From Candidatus Latescibacterota bacterium (GTDB lineage: Bacteria; Latescibacterota; UBA2968; UBA8231), in contig OZ242214.1 of assembly GCA_965206595.1 (NCBI GenBank), positions 4,544,001 through 4,608,000 of the forward strand: DNA of 64,000 nucleotides, written 5' to 3'. The number at the start of each line of letters is the position of its first letter. Positions within the stretch are counted from its first letter, which is position 1. This document shows positions 1 through 10,014 of the stretch, piece by piece. The notes below the pieces were generated by a model. It had not been told where the DNA came from. It did no database searches and saw only the letters and a list, made by a program, of their open reading frames with translations. A program made the position numbers and the translations under genes.

Positions 1-14
1 CGCTGCCGATACCC

Positions 15-827
15 ATGACAATTACGCAGTCGCTCGTGCTCGGGATCGTCCAGGGATTGACGGAATTCCTGCCGATCAGCAGCACCGCCCACCTCCTGAT
101 CGTCCCCTACTTTGTGGGATGGCAGGACCCCGGGACCGCGTTTTCCGCCGCCATTCAGCTCGGCACCCTGGCCGCGGTCTTCATCTATTTCGCCGGGGAC
201 ATAAAACGCCTGGCGTCGGCCGCCTGGGAGGGCCTGCGACGGCGCGACCTGCGCCACAGCCAGGACTCGCTGCTCGCCTGGGCGATCATCCCCGGCACCC
301 TGCCGATCGCGGTGCTGGGCCTGGGCTTTCGCGGTTTTATCGAGGACGAGGCGCGCGGTCTGTCGATCGTGGCCTCTGCGCTGATTGCGGGGGCGGTCCT
401 GCTTCTGTTTGCCGAAAAAACCGGGAAGCGCAACCGCGGTATGGAAGGCCTGCGCTTCTGGCACATCCAGTTCATCGGCGTCTGCCAGGCCCTGGCCCTG
501 ATTCCCGGAAGCTCGCGCTCCGGCGTAACCATCGCCGGGGGGATGCTCGCCGGACTCCGCCGGGAGGCGGCGGCCCGTTTCTCCTTTCTGCTCGGGCTCC
601 CCGCGATCGCCGCCAGCGGGCTGCTGCAGCTGATCGAGGTCATGCGCGGGGAGACCGGCGATCTCCTCGATCTCGCCGTCGGCATCGCCGCCGCGGGAAT
701 CAGCGGCTACCTGGCGATAGGTTTCCTGCTCCGTTTCCTCGAGCGCTACGGAACCCACGGCTTCGCCTGTTACCGACTGGCACTGGGGGCTGCGCTCCTT
801 GTGATGAATTTGGCGTGGCAGGGATGA
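15..827 (+). CDS. uppP: Undecaprenyl-diphosphatase (BacA/UppP)
   Basis: LGIVQGLTEFLPISSTAH and ALIPGSSRSGVT signature motifs; multi-TM protein. Confidence 0.95.
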   Translation: MTITQSLVLGIVQGLTEFLPISSTAHLLIVPYFVGWQDPGTAFSAAIQLGTLAAVFIYFAGDIKRLASAAWEGLRRRDLRHSQDSLLAWAIIPGTLPIAVLGLGFRGFIEDEARGLSIVASALIAGAVLLLFAEKTGKRNRGMEGLRFWHIQFIGVCQALALIPGSSRSGVTIAGGMLAGLRREAAARFSFLLGLPAIAASGLLQLIEVMRGETGDLLDLAVGIAAAGISGYLAIGFLLRFLERYGTHGFACYRLALGAALLVMNLAWQG

Positions 828-975
828 GTCGCCGCAAGCGGGTCTCTTGCGCACGCCGTCGCGTCCGTTTCAGCTCGGCTCGAAAACCATATTGAATGCC
901 CAACACAAGCCTAATCGTCTCCGCGACGGTACGGCATTGTGCCATCAATCTCACCAACCGCGATGAGAAAGGACC

Positions 976-1767
976 ATGTATCCGAATCCACTGAAGCAGA
1001 AACTGCAGGACGGAGAGCTGGTGCTCGGCACCGGTCTTTCCGCCTTCACGCCGCAGGTCGCCGGGATGACCTGCAACGCCGACATCGATTTCGTCTGGAT
1101 CTGCACCGAGCACTCTCCGTACTCGTTCGAGACTCTCGACGTCATCCCCTCGCTGATCCGTCAGCGCGGGGTGGCGCCGATGATTCGCGTCGCCAACAAC
1201 GACGCCGGGTTGATCAAAAAGGCGTATGACGTAGGGGCTGTGGCGGTGATGGTTCCGCAGGTCGACACGCCCGCAGAGGCCGCCGCGGCGGTGGAGCACG
1301 CCCACTACCCGCCCGAGGGGAAACGCGGCATCACCCCGAACTGGCCCTGGGTCGTCGGGGTCGACTGGACCCACGTCATCCGTACGGCAAACGAGGAGAC
1401 CGTGCTGATCCTGCAGCTGGAAAGCCGGAAAGCCTACGACAATCTCGACGCCATCGTCGAAGTCGGCGGTTTCGACGTCCTGCTGGTCGGGCCGATGGAC
1501 CTGTCCGCTTCCGTCGGACGCATCACCGAAACCGGCTGCGAAGAGGTGCAGGGCATCATGGAGGAGGTGCCCCGCAGAATCGCCGGATCCGGCATCGTCG
1601 CCGGCACCACCCTCGGCTTGGTCGCCGAAGTCCAGGAGAAGTACCGCTGGGGGTACCGCTTTCTCAACGTCGGCAATCCGCTGGCGTACGGCATGCAGGT
1701 GCTGAGCCGGAACCTCGCGACATTGCGCTCCGATCCGGCGGGGGAAAGGGGCGTACACGGGGGATGA
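976..1767 (+). CDS. HpcH/HpaI aldolase/citrate lyase family protein
   Basis: DFVWICTEH, MVPQVDT, YPPEGKRG, QLES, VGPMDLS motifs; RBS GAAAGGA upstream. Confidence 0.9.
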   Translation: MYPNPLKQKLQDGELVLGTGLSAFTPQVAGMTCNADIDFVWICTEHSPYSFETLDVIPSLIRQRGVAPMIRVANNDAGLIKKAYDVGAVAVMVPQVDTPAEAAAAVEHAHYPPEGKRGITPNWPWVVGVDWTHVIRTANEETVLILQLESRKAYDNLDAIVEVGGFDVLLVGPMDLSASVGRITETGCEEVQGIMEEVPRRIAGSGIVAGTTLGLVAEVQEKYRWGYRFLNVGNPLAYGMQVLSRNLATLRSDPAGERGVHGG

Positions 1768-1883
1768 CGGGCGGCCCGGTCCCCGGAAATTGGCGGCTGG
1801 GGGGGTACCGCGGATGCCTGAATAGCGATGAATTCCACCGTTCCAAGGGAAAATGTGGAAGAACCTCCGAAATGCACAGCCGA

Positions 1884-1892
1884 TGTGGATAA
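1884..1892 (-). promoter_or_regulatory. Perfect DnaA box (TTATCCACA) in a relatively AT-rich intergenic region
   Basis: TGTGGATAA at 1884-1892 on +, with near-matches at 1854-1862 and 1951-1959. Confidence 0.45.
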
Positions 1893-2338
1893 GTTGTGAG
1901 GGCAAATGTGAGTAGCGCGGGGTTTGCGGATTAAGACCGAAATAGGACTATGTAGAAAAGGCTTTTAATTGGAATTCCACCCTGGGTTTGGTCCTCGCCC
2001 TAGTGTCCTCTCCCATCCAAATCTTGCCATTCTTCCGCCGATCTTCAGGGTAAAATCGCGGTTCAATCCAACCCAGGTCATATGTGCGGTTTTTCTTCAA
2101 TCCCGGCTCGAGGCGTTGCCATTGTTCGCAGTACACCCCGGTACGACTCGTTTCGGGACGTCTTGGGAGCGGGCGGGGTGCCTCGGCCTTTCCATCCATT
2201 TCGGAACAGGAGGCCGATTCCAGCCGCGGTTCAGCCGGCTGGAGCGCCAGACGGTTTACCCTTGGGGTGGCGCTGCAGACCCTGCCCTTCAGGCAGTTGC
2301 GGCGCTGACAGGCATCGTACGGAAAGGAGATTTCGCTG

Positions 2339-3706
2339 GTGAGCAGCGCCTGGCATGAGATCGACCGCTACCTGATCGGCGAGGCCTGGGCGGGCTCCCG
2401 CATCGGTCCCCACCTGAAAAAGCTCTGTGACGAGATCGGCCCTCGCTGGGCATCGTCCGCTCAGGAGTGGCGGACGATCGACTACATCCGCGAGCAGTTT
2501 TCGGCCTGCGGCCTCGACGCAGTGGATGTCGAGGAGTACGAGATGGACACCTGGTCCTGGTCTGCCGCCGGGGCGACCCTCGAGAACGGACGCGAACTCG
2601 ATCTGCTGCCGGTGATCTGGTGCCCCTCGTTCGACGTCGAGGCGCCGGTGGTCGACGTCGGTTTCGGGACCGGGCGGGAAATCGCCGCGGCCGCGGGTTT
2701 GCCCGGAGCCGTCGCGGTGATGGCACTCGTCCACGCGCCCTTCACGAGGCCGTCTCCCCATGCCTGTCGCCTGCGCAACCTCGCCGACGCGGGGGCGGCC
2801 GCGGCGGTCGTCATCGACGTCAAGGAGGGCGGTCGCAAGGAGTACCACAGCGCCCACGACCTCGCGGATCCGGATTTTCCCGATCCGCCGCTCCCCGCAG
2901 TCACCGTCTCAAGGGAAGATGGGCAGTTGCTGCGCCGGCAGGCAGGCTCGCGCCTGCACTTGCGCGCCGAGACCAGCACCTTCCGGGCTCCGTCCGCCAA
3001 CGTCGTCGGCGAGCTCGAGGGGGCCGGAACGGGCGGCGAACACCTCGTCCTCGGCGCCCACCACGATACCGTGTACGGGGCCCCGGGCGGCAACGACAAC
3101 TCCTCGGGAGTCATCGCGGTTCTCGAGACGGCGCGGGTGCTGGCCGGTTTGCGCCGCGAAACCGGGGAGGCTCCGGGATGCTCCCTGCGTTTCGTCACCT
3201 ACAGCGCCGAGGAGCAGCGTTTCCAGGGATCCTTCGCCTTCGTCAACCGCCACTATGGTCCGGAGAGACCGCCGCGGCTGGCGCTCAATCTCGATGAGCT
3301 GAGCACCGGGCACATGAAGGGGGTCGTCCTCGGCTTCCCCCACCTGCAGCCGCTCCTGCAGCGGCAGCTCGACGACATGGGGGAAGGCCACCAGTGCCAC
3401 GTCATGTCACAGCTCGACGCCTCTTCCGACCACTTTCCCTACCTGGCGGCAGGGCTGGATGCGGGACACCTGTGGCGCTGGCGGTTCGTCGGCCGCCACG
3501 GCGACTCCGACTTCCACCACGAGCCGGGAGACAGCGCCGACAAGCTGAACGTCCGGGAACTGAAGGAGTACGTCGCCCACCTGGCGCGGCTGCTACTGCG
3601 GCTTTCGCGGGTACCGGCGCCGGAGTGGCCGCCGAATCCTGTGACCCCGGAGGAAGCCGCGGCCCGCCTCGAGCGGGAGCGCGGTTCCGTGGTCAGGGTG
3701 TTCTGA
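2339..3706 (+). CDS. M28-family Zn aminopeptidase with PA domain
   Basis: GAHHDT, GGNDNSSG, SAEEQ, NLDE, SSDH motifs; GTG start after GAAAGGAG. Confidence 0.85.
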   Translation: MSSAWHEIDRYLIGEAWAGSRIGPHLKKLCDEIGPRWASSAQEWRTIDYIREQFSACGLDAVDVEEYEMDTWSWSAAGATLENGRELDLLPVIWCPSFDVEAPVVDVGFGTGREIAAAAGLPGAVAVMALVHAPFTRPSPHACRLRNLADAGAAAAVVIDVKEGGRKEYHSAHDLADPDFPDPPLPAVTVSREDGQLLRRQAGSRLHLRAETSTFRAPSANVVGELEGAGTGGEHLVLGAHHDTVYGAPGGNDNSSGVIAVLETARVLAGLRRETGEAPGCSLRFVTYSAEEQRFQGSFAFVNRHYGPERPPRLALNLDELSTGHMKGVVLGFPHLQPLLQRQLDDMGEGHQCHVMSQLDASSDHFPYLAAGLDAGHLWRWRFVGRHGDSDFHHEPGDSADKLNVRELKEYVAHLARLLLRLSRVPAPEWPPNPVTPEEAAARLERERGSVVRVF

Positions 3707-3737
3707 GCCGGCGACCGCCACGGGATCGCCCGGCATT

Positions 3738-5198
3738 TCAGCGGGTGCTTTTTCCGGCGAGGACGAACCAGATCGTCCGCAGCATGATCTTGAAATCGAG
3801 AGCGAGGGATACGTTCTCGATGTAGTACAGATCGTACTCCAGGCGCTCCTGGGCGATCCCGTGCAGATCCTTCGAGTCGAGATCGAACTCATGCTTCGAC
3901 TGGGCCCATCCGAGCAGGCCCGGCTTGACGTTGAAGCGGCGCATGTAGAACGGGATTTCGCGGGAGAACTGGTCGACGAAAAAGGGCCGCTCCGGACGCG
4001 GACCGACCAGGCTCATGTCCCCCTTGAGGAAGTTGATGCACTGCGGGATCTCGTCGAAATGCAGGGCCCGCAGCAGGCGGCCGATCTGGGTGATCCTCGG
4101 ATCGTCGCTCCCAGCCCAGACCGGCCCGGTTTCCTCTTCGGCGTCGACCCGCATCGAGCGGAACTTGTACATCGTGAACACCCGGCCGCCGCGGCCGACC
4201 CGCTCCTGCCGGAACAGCACCGGACCCGGCGAGGACGCCTTTATGACCACAGCGGTCAGCACCCAGACCGGCAGCAGGCCGACCAGCACGACAAGGGCGA
4301 CGGCGACGTCGATCAAGCGCTTGGTCGCCTCCTGCCAGGGAGCCATCAGCCGGGGCTTCAGCTCCATCAGTGGCATACCGTAGATCTGGTTGGTGCGCAC
4401 GTGCCCGGTGACGATGTCGTACAGATCCGGGATGATGCTGAACGACACCGGGTGGTCGCCTCCGGCCTCGACGATCTCGAGGATTTCCTCGTGCGTGTTG
4501 GAGCGCAGGGCGATCAGCACCGCCTGCACGGAGCGTTCGCGCAGGATGCGGTCGAGATCTTCAACCTGCCCCAGCACCGGGACGTCGCCGACCGATGGAC
4601 GCTCCGCGTCGTTGCGGGCGCGCACGAATCCGATGACGTCGTGCACGCGTACGGTCCGCGAGTGAAGATCCTGCAGCAGCCGCTCGCCGCGCTCGTCGGT
4701 GCCGACGATCAGCGCCTTCAGGCGGCCGATCCCGGAAATCAGCAGGTGGCGCTGGAGAGACCGCAGGGCGAAGCGGCCTCCCCCGACCAGGCAGACCATG
4801 GAGAGCCAGTACGACACGAGGAGGAAACGCGTGAAGGAAAAGCCGCTCTCGAGGTCGAAGGTGGCGATCAGCAGTAGCAGGAATCCCGTGGTCACCACCT
4901 TGATCACGGCGAAGGTCTCATCGAGACGGGACAGCGGCTGCTCCAGGCGGTACATCCCGGAAAAGATGAACAGAACCAGCCAGCAGCAGTACACCAGCGG
5001 CAGGGCGTCGTAACTGTAATACTGCAGAGCGAAAGAGAACGGCATCTCCCCGTCGCCGCGCGCCTGCTCCTGCCAGGCGGCTGCGGCGCCGGCAAGCTTC
5101 CCGCCGGCGAACCGCAGCCAAAGGAGGGCCACGGTCGCCAGGTTGATGGCGGCGAGATCGATGGCGATCAGCAGCAGCTTTTCCTGGATTTTCGGCAT
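3738..5198 (-). CDS. Undecaprenyl-phosphate sugar phosphotransferase (WcaJ/WbaP family priming GT)
   Basis: N-terminal TM helices, CoA-binding-like domain, KRLID, YKFRSM, DEIPQ, MSLVGPRP, YDLYY. Confidence 0.93.
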   Translation of the reverse strand: MPKIQEKLLLIAIDLAAINLATVALLWLRFAGGKLAGAAAAWQEQARGDGEMPFSFALQYYSYDALPLVYCCWLVLFIFSGMYRLEQPLSRLDETFAVIKVVTTGFLLLLIATFDLESGFSFTRFLLVSYWLSMVCLVGGGRFALRSLQRHLLISGIGRLKALIVGTDERGERLLQDLHSRTVRVHDVIGFVRARNDAERPSVGDVPVLGQVEDLDRILRERSVQAVLIALRSNTHEEILEIVEAGGDHPVSFSIIPDLYDIVTGHVRTNQIYGMPLMELKPRLMAPWQEATKRLIDVAVALVVLVGLLPVWVLTAVVIKASSPGPVLFRQERVGRGGRVFTMYKFRSMRVDAEEETGPVWAGSDDPRITQIGRLLRALHFDEIPQCINFLKGDMSLVGPRPERPFFVDQFSREIPFYMRRFNVKPGLLGWAQSKHEFDLDSKDLHGIAQERLEYDLYYIENVSLALDFKIMLRTIWFVLAGKSTR

Positions 5199-5244
5199 CG
5201 AGGTTACTGGTTGATCCGCCCCGGAAGGGGCCGCTTCGGAGCGG

Positions 5245-6582
5245 TCAAGAGCGGATTACGCCCAGGACTTCGTCGCGCCTGGCAGTCATCGTCTCCTGCG
5301 ACCTGCCTTCCAGGTTCAGCCTCAATAGCGGCTCGGTGTTGGAGGACCGCACGTTGAAGTGCCAGTCGTCGAAGCTGACCGAGATGCCATCGATGTACTC
5401 GATCTCGCCTTCGCCGTAACGTTCGGCCAGCTCGGCGATCTTGGCCTGCGGGTCGGCCACCTCGGAGTTTAGCTCCCCTGAGATGAAGTAGCCGGACTCG
5501 AAAGGGGCAAGCAGCCGGGAAAGCTTGCCCCGCAGCGACAGGATTTCGAGCAACAGCAGCGAAGGCAGGATGCCTGAGTCGGCGCCGAAGAAATCGCGGA
5601 AGTAGAAATGGCCGCTCACCTCGCCGGCGAAGATCGCCCCTTCTTCGAACATCCGCGGTTTGATGAAGGCGTGGCCGACGCGCTCGACGAGGGCCTCCCC
5701 GCCGGCGGCGGAGATGAAGTCACGTACCGCCCAGGAGCAACGCACGTCGTAGAGAATCCGGGATCCCGGGTGGCGCTCCAGCAGATACCCCCCCATCAAC
5801 GCGGTCAGGAAGTCGCCCGGCACGAACTGCCCGCGGTCGTCGATGACGAAGAAGCGGTCGCCGTCGCCGTCGAAGGCAAACCCGACGTCGGCCTGCTCTT
5901 CCCGCACCCGCCGCACCAGATCGGCGCGGTTCTCCTCCTCCATGGGGTCGAGTCCGTGGTTCGGCAGGCGGCCGTCCGGTTCGAGGTACATCCCGATCAG
6001 CTCGACCGGCAGGGATTCGTACACCCGCTCGAGGATGGGGCCGACCATTCCGTTTGCCGTATCTGCGACCACTTTCAGCGGCCGCAGCCGGCTGGGATCG
6101 ATGAGGTCGAGGAGCTTGTCGACGAACTGGGAGCTGAGGTCGATCCGGCGCACTTCACCCCGCCTCGTCGCCGAAGCATAGCTCTCGTTTTCGACGATTC
6201 TCCGCAGGTCCTGAATGCCGGCGTCGCCGCTTAACAGGTAGGGCATGTCGCGCACCATCTTGAAGCCGGAGTAGGCCGCGGGGTTGTGCGACGCGGTGAC
6301 CATCATCCCCGGCCTGCAGAGGGTGGCGCAGGCGAAGTAGAACTGATCGGTGCTGACCATGCCGAGGTCGAGTACATCGGCGCCTTGCCGTGTCAGACCA
6401 TTGACGACGGCTTCGAATATCGTCGGGCTTGACAGGCGCATGTCGCGGCCGGCGACGACCTCTTGCGGCTGCAGGAACGTCGCGAAGGCGCGTCCGATCG
6501 CTTCGGCCGCCTCCTCGTTCAGCTGTTCCGGGTAGATGCCGCGAATGTCGTACGCTTTGAAAATCGACGGATCTACGTGCAT
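5245..6582 (-). CDS. manB: Phosphomannomutase/phosphoglucomutase
   Basis: FKAYDIRG, VTASHNP, FDGDGDR, GEVSGH, RSSNTEP; start taken at ATG 6582. Confidence 0.92.
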   Translation of the reverse strand: MHVDPSIFKAYDIRGIYPEQLNEEAAEAIGRAFATFLQPQEVVAGRDMRLSSPTIFEAVVNGLTRQGADVLDLGMVSTDQFYFACATLCRPGMMVTASHNPAAYSGFKMVRDMPYLLSGDAGIQDLRRIVENESYASATRRGEVRRIDLSSQFVDKLLDLIDPSRLRPLKVVADTANGMVGPILERVYESLPVELIGMYLEPDGRLPNHGLDPMEEENRADLVRRVREEQADVGFAFDGDGDRFFVIDDRGQFVPGDFLTALMGGYLLERHPGSRILYDVRCSWAVRDFISAAGGEALVERVGHAFIKPRMFEEGAIFAGEVSGHFYFRDFFGADSGILPSLLLLEILSLRGKLSRLLAPFESGYFISGELNSEVADPQAKIAELAERYGEGEIEYIDGISVSFDDWHFNVRSSNTEPLLRLNLEGRSQETMTARRDEVLGVIRS

Positions 6583-6658
6583 GGGACCTGTGGCGGGGAC
6601 GAAGCGCGTGGTGCCGTTTCTTCGACGCGCGCGGTTGCCGATGGGTTGCAGGTAAGTG

Positions 6659-7723
6659 CTAGTCGAATCTGGAGACCGTGACGTCGAGGTAGCGGACGCC
6701 GCATTCCGGACGGTGATGCTCAACGAGAATGGGGGTTTGGTAGGTGCCCTGGACGATCCGCTGGGGTCCTGTCTCGCTGCTGGAAGAGACCAGCAGGCTG
6801 ATCGATCTCTTGAGGAGGAGGCGGTAGGCAGGCGTCGACAGCACGGAAATAATGCGATCGACCACGGAGCGGCCGGTCGGCAGTATGTCCATGAACTCGT
6901 TGTAGAGGCGAATCAGGTCGTAGGTCGCGTAATCCAGCGTCTTCTCCGGGATGGGGCTCGGTTTCCCGAGCAGCTTGCGGCCTCGCCGCACCATGTAGCG
7001 CAGTGGATCCGCCAGTACTGCGGGCAGGTCCTTGCGGATCAGCAGAGTCTCGTACTCGTTTACCGTCAGGCCGGCGTTCTTTTCCCCGGGCGCCAGATGG
7101 ATCTCGATCCGGCCTTTTTCGATTCCGAATCGGTCGAGCCACTCCTCGAACTGTTGAAACAATCCGTAGCGGGGATCTTTCAGGTTGTGGGATTCGATCG
7201 GGTGATCGGCAGCAACCGGCAGCGCCAGGCGTTCGCGGTGGACGACCTGCTCGTCGTTGTATCCGAGCACCGTGGTGTGACGCCGGCGAACGATTTCCTT
7301 GTAGATACCATCGAGCTCGACGAAGTACACTGGTTCGGTCGGTTTGTGAAGATAGGTCACGCAGTTCTTGAGACCGGCGCTCATGAAAGTCAGATGGGAA
7401 TCGGCGTTTACCGGTTCAGTCTGCTTCTGGGAATCGCTCAACTCGTCGCGCAGCTGCATGCGGTCGTGGAAATACCCGGCGTCGTGGGGGAATATTCGCT
7501 GCAGAATACGGAAGAAGGGGGCCAGCTGTTTCCGGCTGTGCCCCAAGCGTGCACAAAATCCCTGCTCGAGGTAGCCGGCGGTGGTGTGGAACGAGCAGTA
7601 GACGGCTTTCCGGAAGGCATCGAGTGCGTCGCCGGCCTCTTCGCGTACATGTCCGGATACGTCGATCAGCTGAAAGCGGGACGTCGGGATCAGGTCGAGG
7701 TTGATTTCGAGGGGTTGCACCAT
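6659..7723 (-). CDS. Hypothetical protein with two tandem YjbQ (UPF0047)-like domains
   Basis: HTTAG, YFHD, NADSH, FVELDG in the first half; AGLTVNE and GTYQ..ILVE in the second half. Confidence 0.7.
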   Translation of the reverse strand: MVQPLEINLDLIPTSRFQLIDVSGHVREEAGDALDAFRKAVYCSFHTTAGYLEQGFCARLGHSRKQLAPFFRILQRIFPHDAGYFHDRMQLRDELSDSQKQTEPVNADSHLTFMSAGLKNCVTYLHKPTEPVYFVELDGIYKEIVRRRHTTVLGYNDEQVVHRERLALPVAADHPIESHNLKDPRYGLFQQFEEWLDRFGIEKGRIEIHLAPGEKNAGLTVNEYETLLIRKDLPAVLADPLRYMVRRGRKLLGKPSPIPEKTLDYATYDLIRLYNEFMDILPTGRSVVDRIISVLSTPAYRLLLKRSISLLVSSSSETGPQRIVQGTYQTPILVEHHRPECGVRYLDVTVSRFD

Positions 7724-7854
7724 GATTCGGGATGAAAGTGGTGCGATTGGAACAGCAGAAAAACGCGGACTTTTTTCAAAATCTAAACATAATACAAGAC
7801 CACATTTCAGGGACAAGACCAGGCAAGGTCAGTTGCTCCCGGGGAGAATTCCGC

Positions 7855-8361
7855 ATGCCTGCATTGTACGTATTGCGTCATGCCAAGTCCGATTGGACGG
7901 GTCCGGACACCAGTGATTTCGAGCGGCCACTCAACAAGCGGGGAGTGAAGGACGTTCCCCGGGTCGGCCGCGCCCTGCAGAGAACGGGGCTTCTTCCGCA
8001 GCGGGTGATCACATCCCCGGCGGCGCGGGCGCTGGCGACAGCCGAAGGAATCGCCGCCAGGCTGACCCCGGCGCCCGAGGTGGTTCCCGACGAGCGTCTC
8101 TACCACGCCGCTCCGCACGCCTTGAGCGCCGTGGTAGCCGAATTCGGCGCCGGAGCCGAATGTGTCATGGCGGTGGCACACAACCCCGGCATGGAGGAGT
8201 GGATCGGAATGCTGTGTGGAGGAGCGGCGGTGCGGCTGCCGACTGGCGGCCTTGCCCGGGTCGCGCTGGAGATCCGCGACTGGTCGGAGCTGAAGGGAGC
8301 GCTGGGGGAGCTTGAGTGGCTGGTAACCCCCCGGTTGCTGAAGGGGATGGGAGTCAGGTAG
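7855..8361 (+). CDS. sixA: SixA-type phosphohistidine phosphatase
   Basis: LRHAKS, DFERPLNKRG, SPAARALAT, AHNPG. Confidence 0.88.
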   Translation: MPALYVLRHAKSDWTGPDTSDFERPLNKRGVKDVPRVGRALQRTGLLPQRVITSPAARALATAEGIAARLTPAPEVVPDERLYHAAPHALSAVVAEFGAGAECVMAVAHNPGMEEWIGMLCGGAAVRLPTGGLARVALEIRDWSELKGALGELEWLVTPRLLKGMGVR

Positions 8362-8378
8362 GCCTGTGCGGCGCGGGA

Positions 8379-9344
8379 CTAGCGCTTGTAGTCCTCGACT
8401 ATTCGCCCCAGGGCCTCGTCCAGGTCGACCTTGGGATCGTACCCGACGAGGGAGCGGATTTTCTCCAGGTCCGGGGCGCGGTACGACAGGTCCTCGTAGC
8501 GCCCGTTACGGCGGGTCTGGTCGTAGGGAGTGAACTGGATCTCCGATTCGCTTCCGGTGATTTCTTTGATTTTGGAAGCAAGGTCCTTGATGCTGCTCTC
8601 GAAGTTCGATCCAAGGTTGACGATCTCGCCGATCGCATTGTCGCTGAGGGCGAGCCCGACAAACCCGTCGATGGCGTCATCGATGTAGGTCCAGCAGCGG
8701 CGCTGTTCGCCGCTGTCGTACACCGTAATCGGATGACCCAGCACAGCCTGTTTGATCAGACGCGGAACTACCATTCCGAAGTGCCCCGTCTGGCGCGGGC
8801 CGATCACGTTGAAGGGCCGTACGATGACTATCGGCAAACGCTTTTCCTTCCAGTAGGCCAAGGCAAGCAATTCGTCGACTGCCTTGGTCGTCGAATAGCT
8901 CCAACGCACGACCGTTGTGGGTCCCAGAATGCGGTCGCTGTCCTCCCGGAACGGGACGTTGCCGTTTTTCTTGCCGTAGATCTCCGAAGTCGAGGCGAGG
9001 ATGACCTTTTTCTTTTTTTCGTTTGCGAGCTCGAGGACGTGTTCGGTACCTCGGATGTTGGTAGCGAGCGTTTGCAGCGGATTCTCGAGCACGTATTCCA
9101 CCCCGACGGCCGCGGCGAGATGGTAGATCATGTCGCAGCTGTTCACGAGGGGGCGCAACGACTCGAAGTTGAGTATGTCGTCGATCTTGCAGGTGAATCT
9201 GTCGTTGCCCTCGAGATGCTGAACGTTGGTGATGTCGCTGGTGGAGAGATTGTCGATGACCGCCACCTCATCCCCCATCTGCAGATGCCGCTCTGCGAGA
9301 TGGGAACCGATGAACCCTGCCCCTCCCGTGATCAGTACTCTCAT
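8379..9344 (-). CDS. NAD-dependent nucleotide-sugar epimerase/dehydratase (extended SDR)
   Basis: ITGGAGFIG, HLAAAVG, ASTSEIYG, YSTTK, RPFNVIGP. Confidence 0.92.
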   Translation of the reverse strand: MRVLITGGAGFIGSHLAERHLQMGDEVAVIDNLSTSDITNVQHLEGNDRFTCKIDDILNFESLRPLVNSCDMIYHLAAAVGVEYVLENPLQTLATNIRGTEHVLELANEKKKKVILASTSEIYGKKNGNVPFREDSDRILGPTTVVRWSYSTTKAVDELLALAYWKEKRLPIVIVRPFNVIGPRQTGHFGMVVPRLIKQAVLGHPITVYDSGEQRRCWTYIDDAIDGFVGLALSDNAIGEIVNLGSNFESSIKDLASKIKEITGSESEIQFTPYDQTRRNGRYEDLSYRAPDLEKIRSLVGYDPKVDLDEALGRIVEDYKR

Positions 9345-9349
9345 ATGCG

Positions 9350-10003
9350 TCAGCGCGCCGTCGCGTGGACGAAGTAATCCCGACTCAGCCGGGTAACGGC
9401 GACATCGGTCCAGCCGGCGGCCGTCATCGTTTCCATCACTTGCCTCTCGTCGTAAAAGTGGACGGGACAGCGCCTCGAGGTCAGCCGCAGCCACCGCGGC
9501 AGCGAGCGCAATGTCCAGCGAATCGGAAAGCTGAAAACCCCTTGCCCCGTCGTCACCCCGCGCATTTTGGCAAGCACGTCATGAGGATCTGAAATGTAAT
9601 CAAACAAGCCGATACCGAGGGAAATATCGAATCGGTCCGGTGCCTGCCAATCCGTGAAGTCGGCCGTTTCCAGGCGAGTCCGCCCGCTGACGCCGGCTTC
9701 AACGGCGGCGGCGCGGGCAATTTCTATCATGGCCGGTGCGAGGTCGAGGCCCACGACCTCTGCCCCCCGCCGCGCAAATTCGACAATGTAACGTCCGGAG
9801 CCGCAACCCACCTCGAGAACCCGTTTACCCGCCACGGCCCCGCAATGTTCGAAAGTCAAGGCAAATCGTCTGTGGATGACGCGGTGAAAGAGCAGGTCGA
9901 CGATATGCTGGGGTAACTTCTTCCGATCCTCGTAGATCGCGTCGAAACGCTTCGCTTCGCCGTCGAAGTAGCGCCGAACCAAGTCTGCAGAGGTGAGTTC
10001 CAT
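9350..10003 (-). CDS. Class I SAM-dependent methyltransferase
   Basis: VLEVGCGSG and GLDLAPAM motifs; start at ATG 10003. Confidence 0.85.
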   Translation of the reverse strand: MELTSADLVRRYFDGEAKRFDAIYEDRKKLPQHIVDLLFHRVIHRRFALTFEHCGAVAGKRVLEVGCGSGRYIVEFARRGAEVVGLDLAPAMIEIARAAAVEAGVSGRTRLETADFTDWQAPDRFDISLGIGLFDYISDPHDVLAKMRGVTTGQGVFSFPIRWTLRSLPRWLRLTSRRCPVHFYDERQVMETMTAAGWTDVAVTRLSRDYFVHATAR

Positions 10004-10014
10004 GGTCGGGTCTT

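Noticed and set aside
1948-2358. Short ORFs in the intergenic region (1948-2199 -, 1969-2358 +)
   Set aside because: No RBS, atypical codon usage and no recognisable motif
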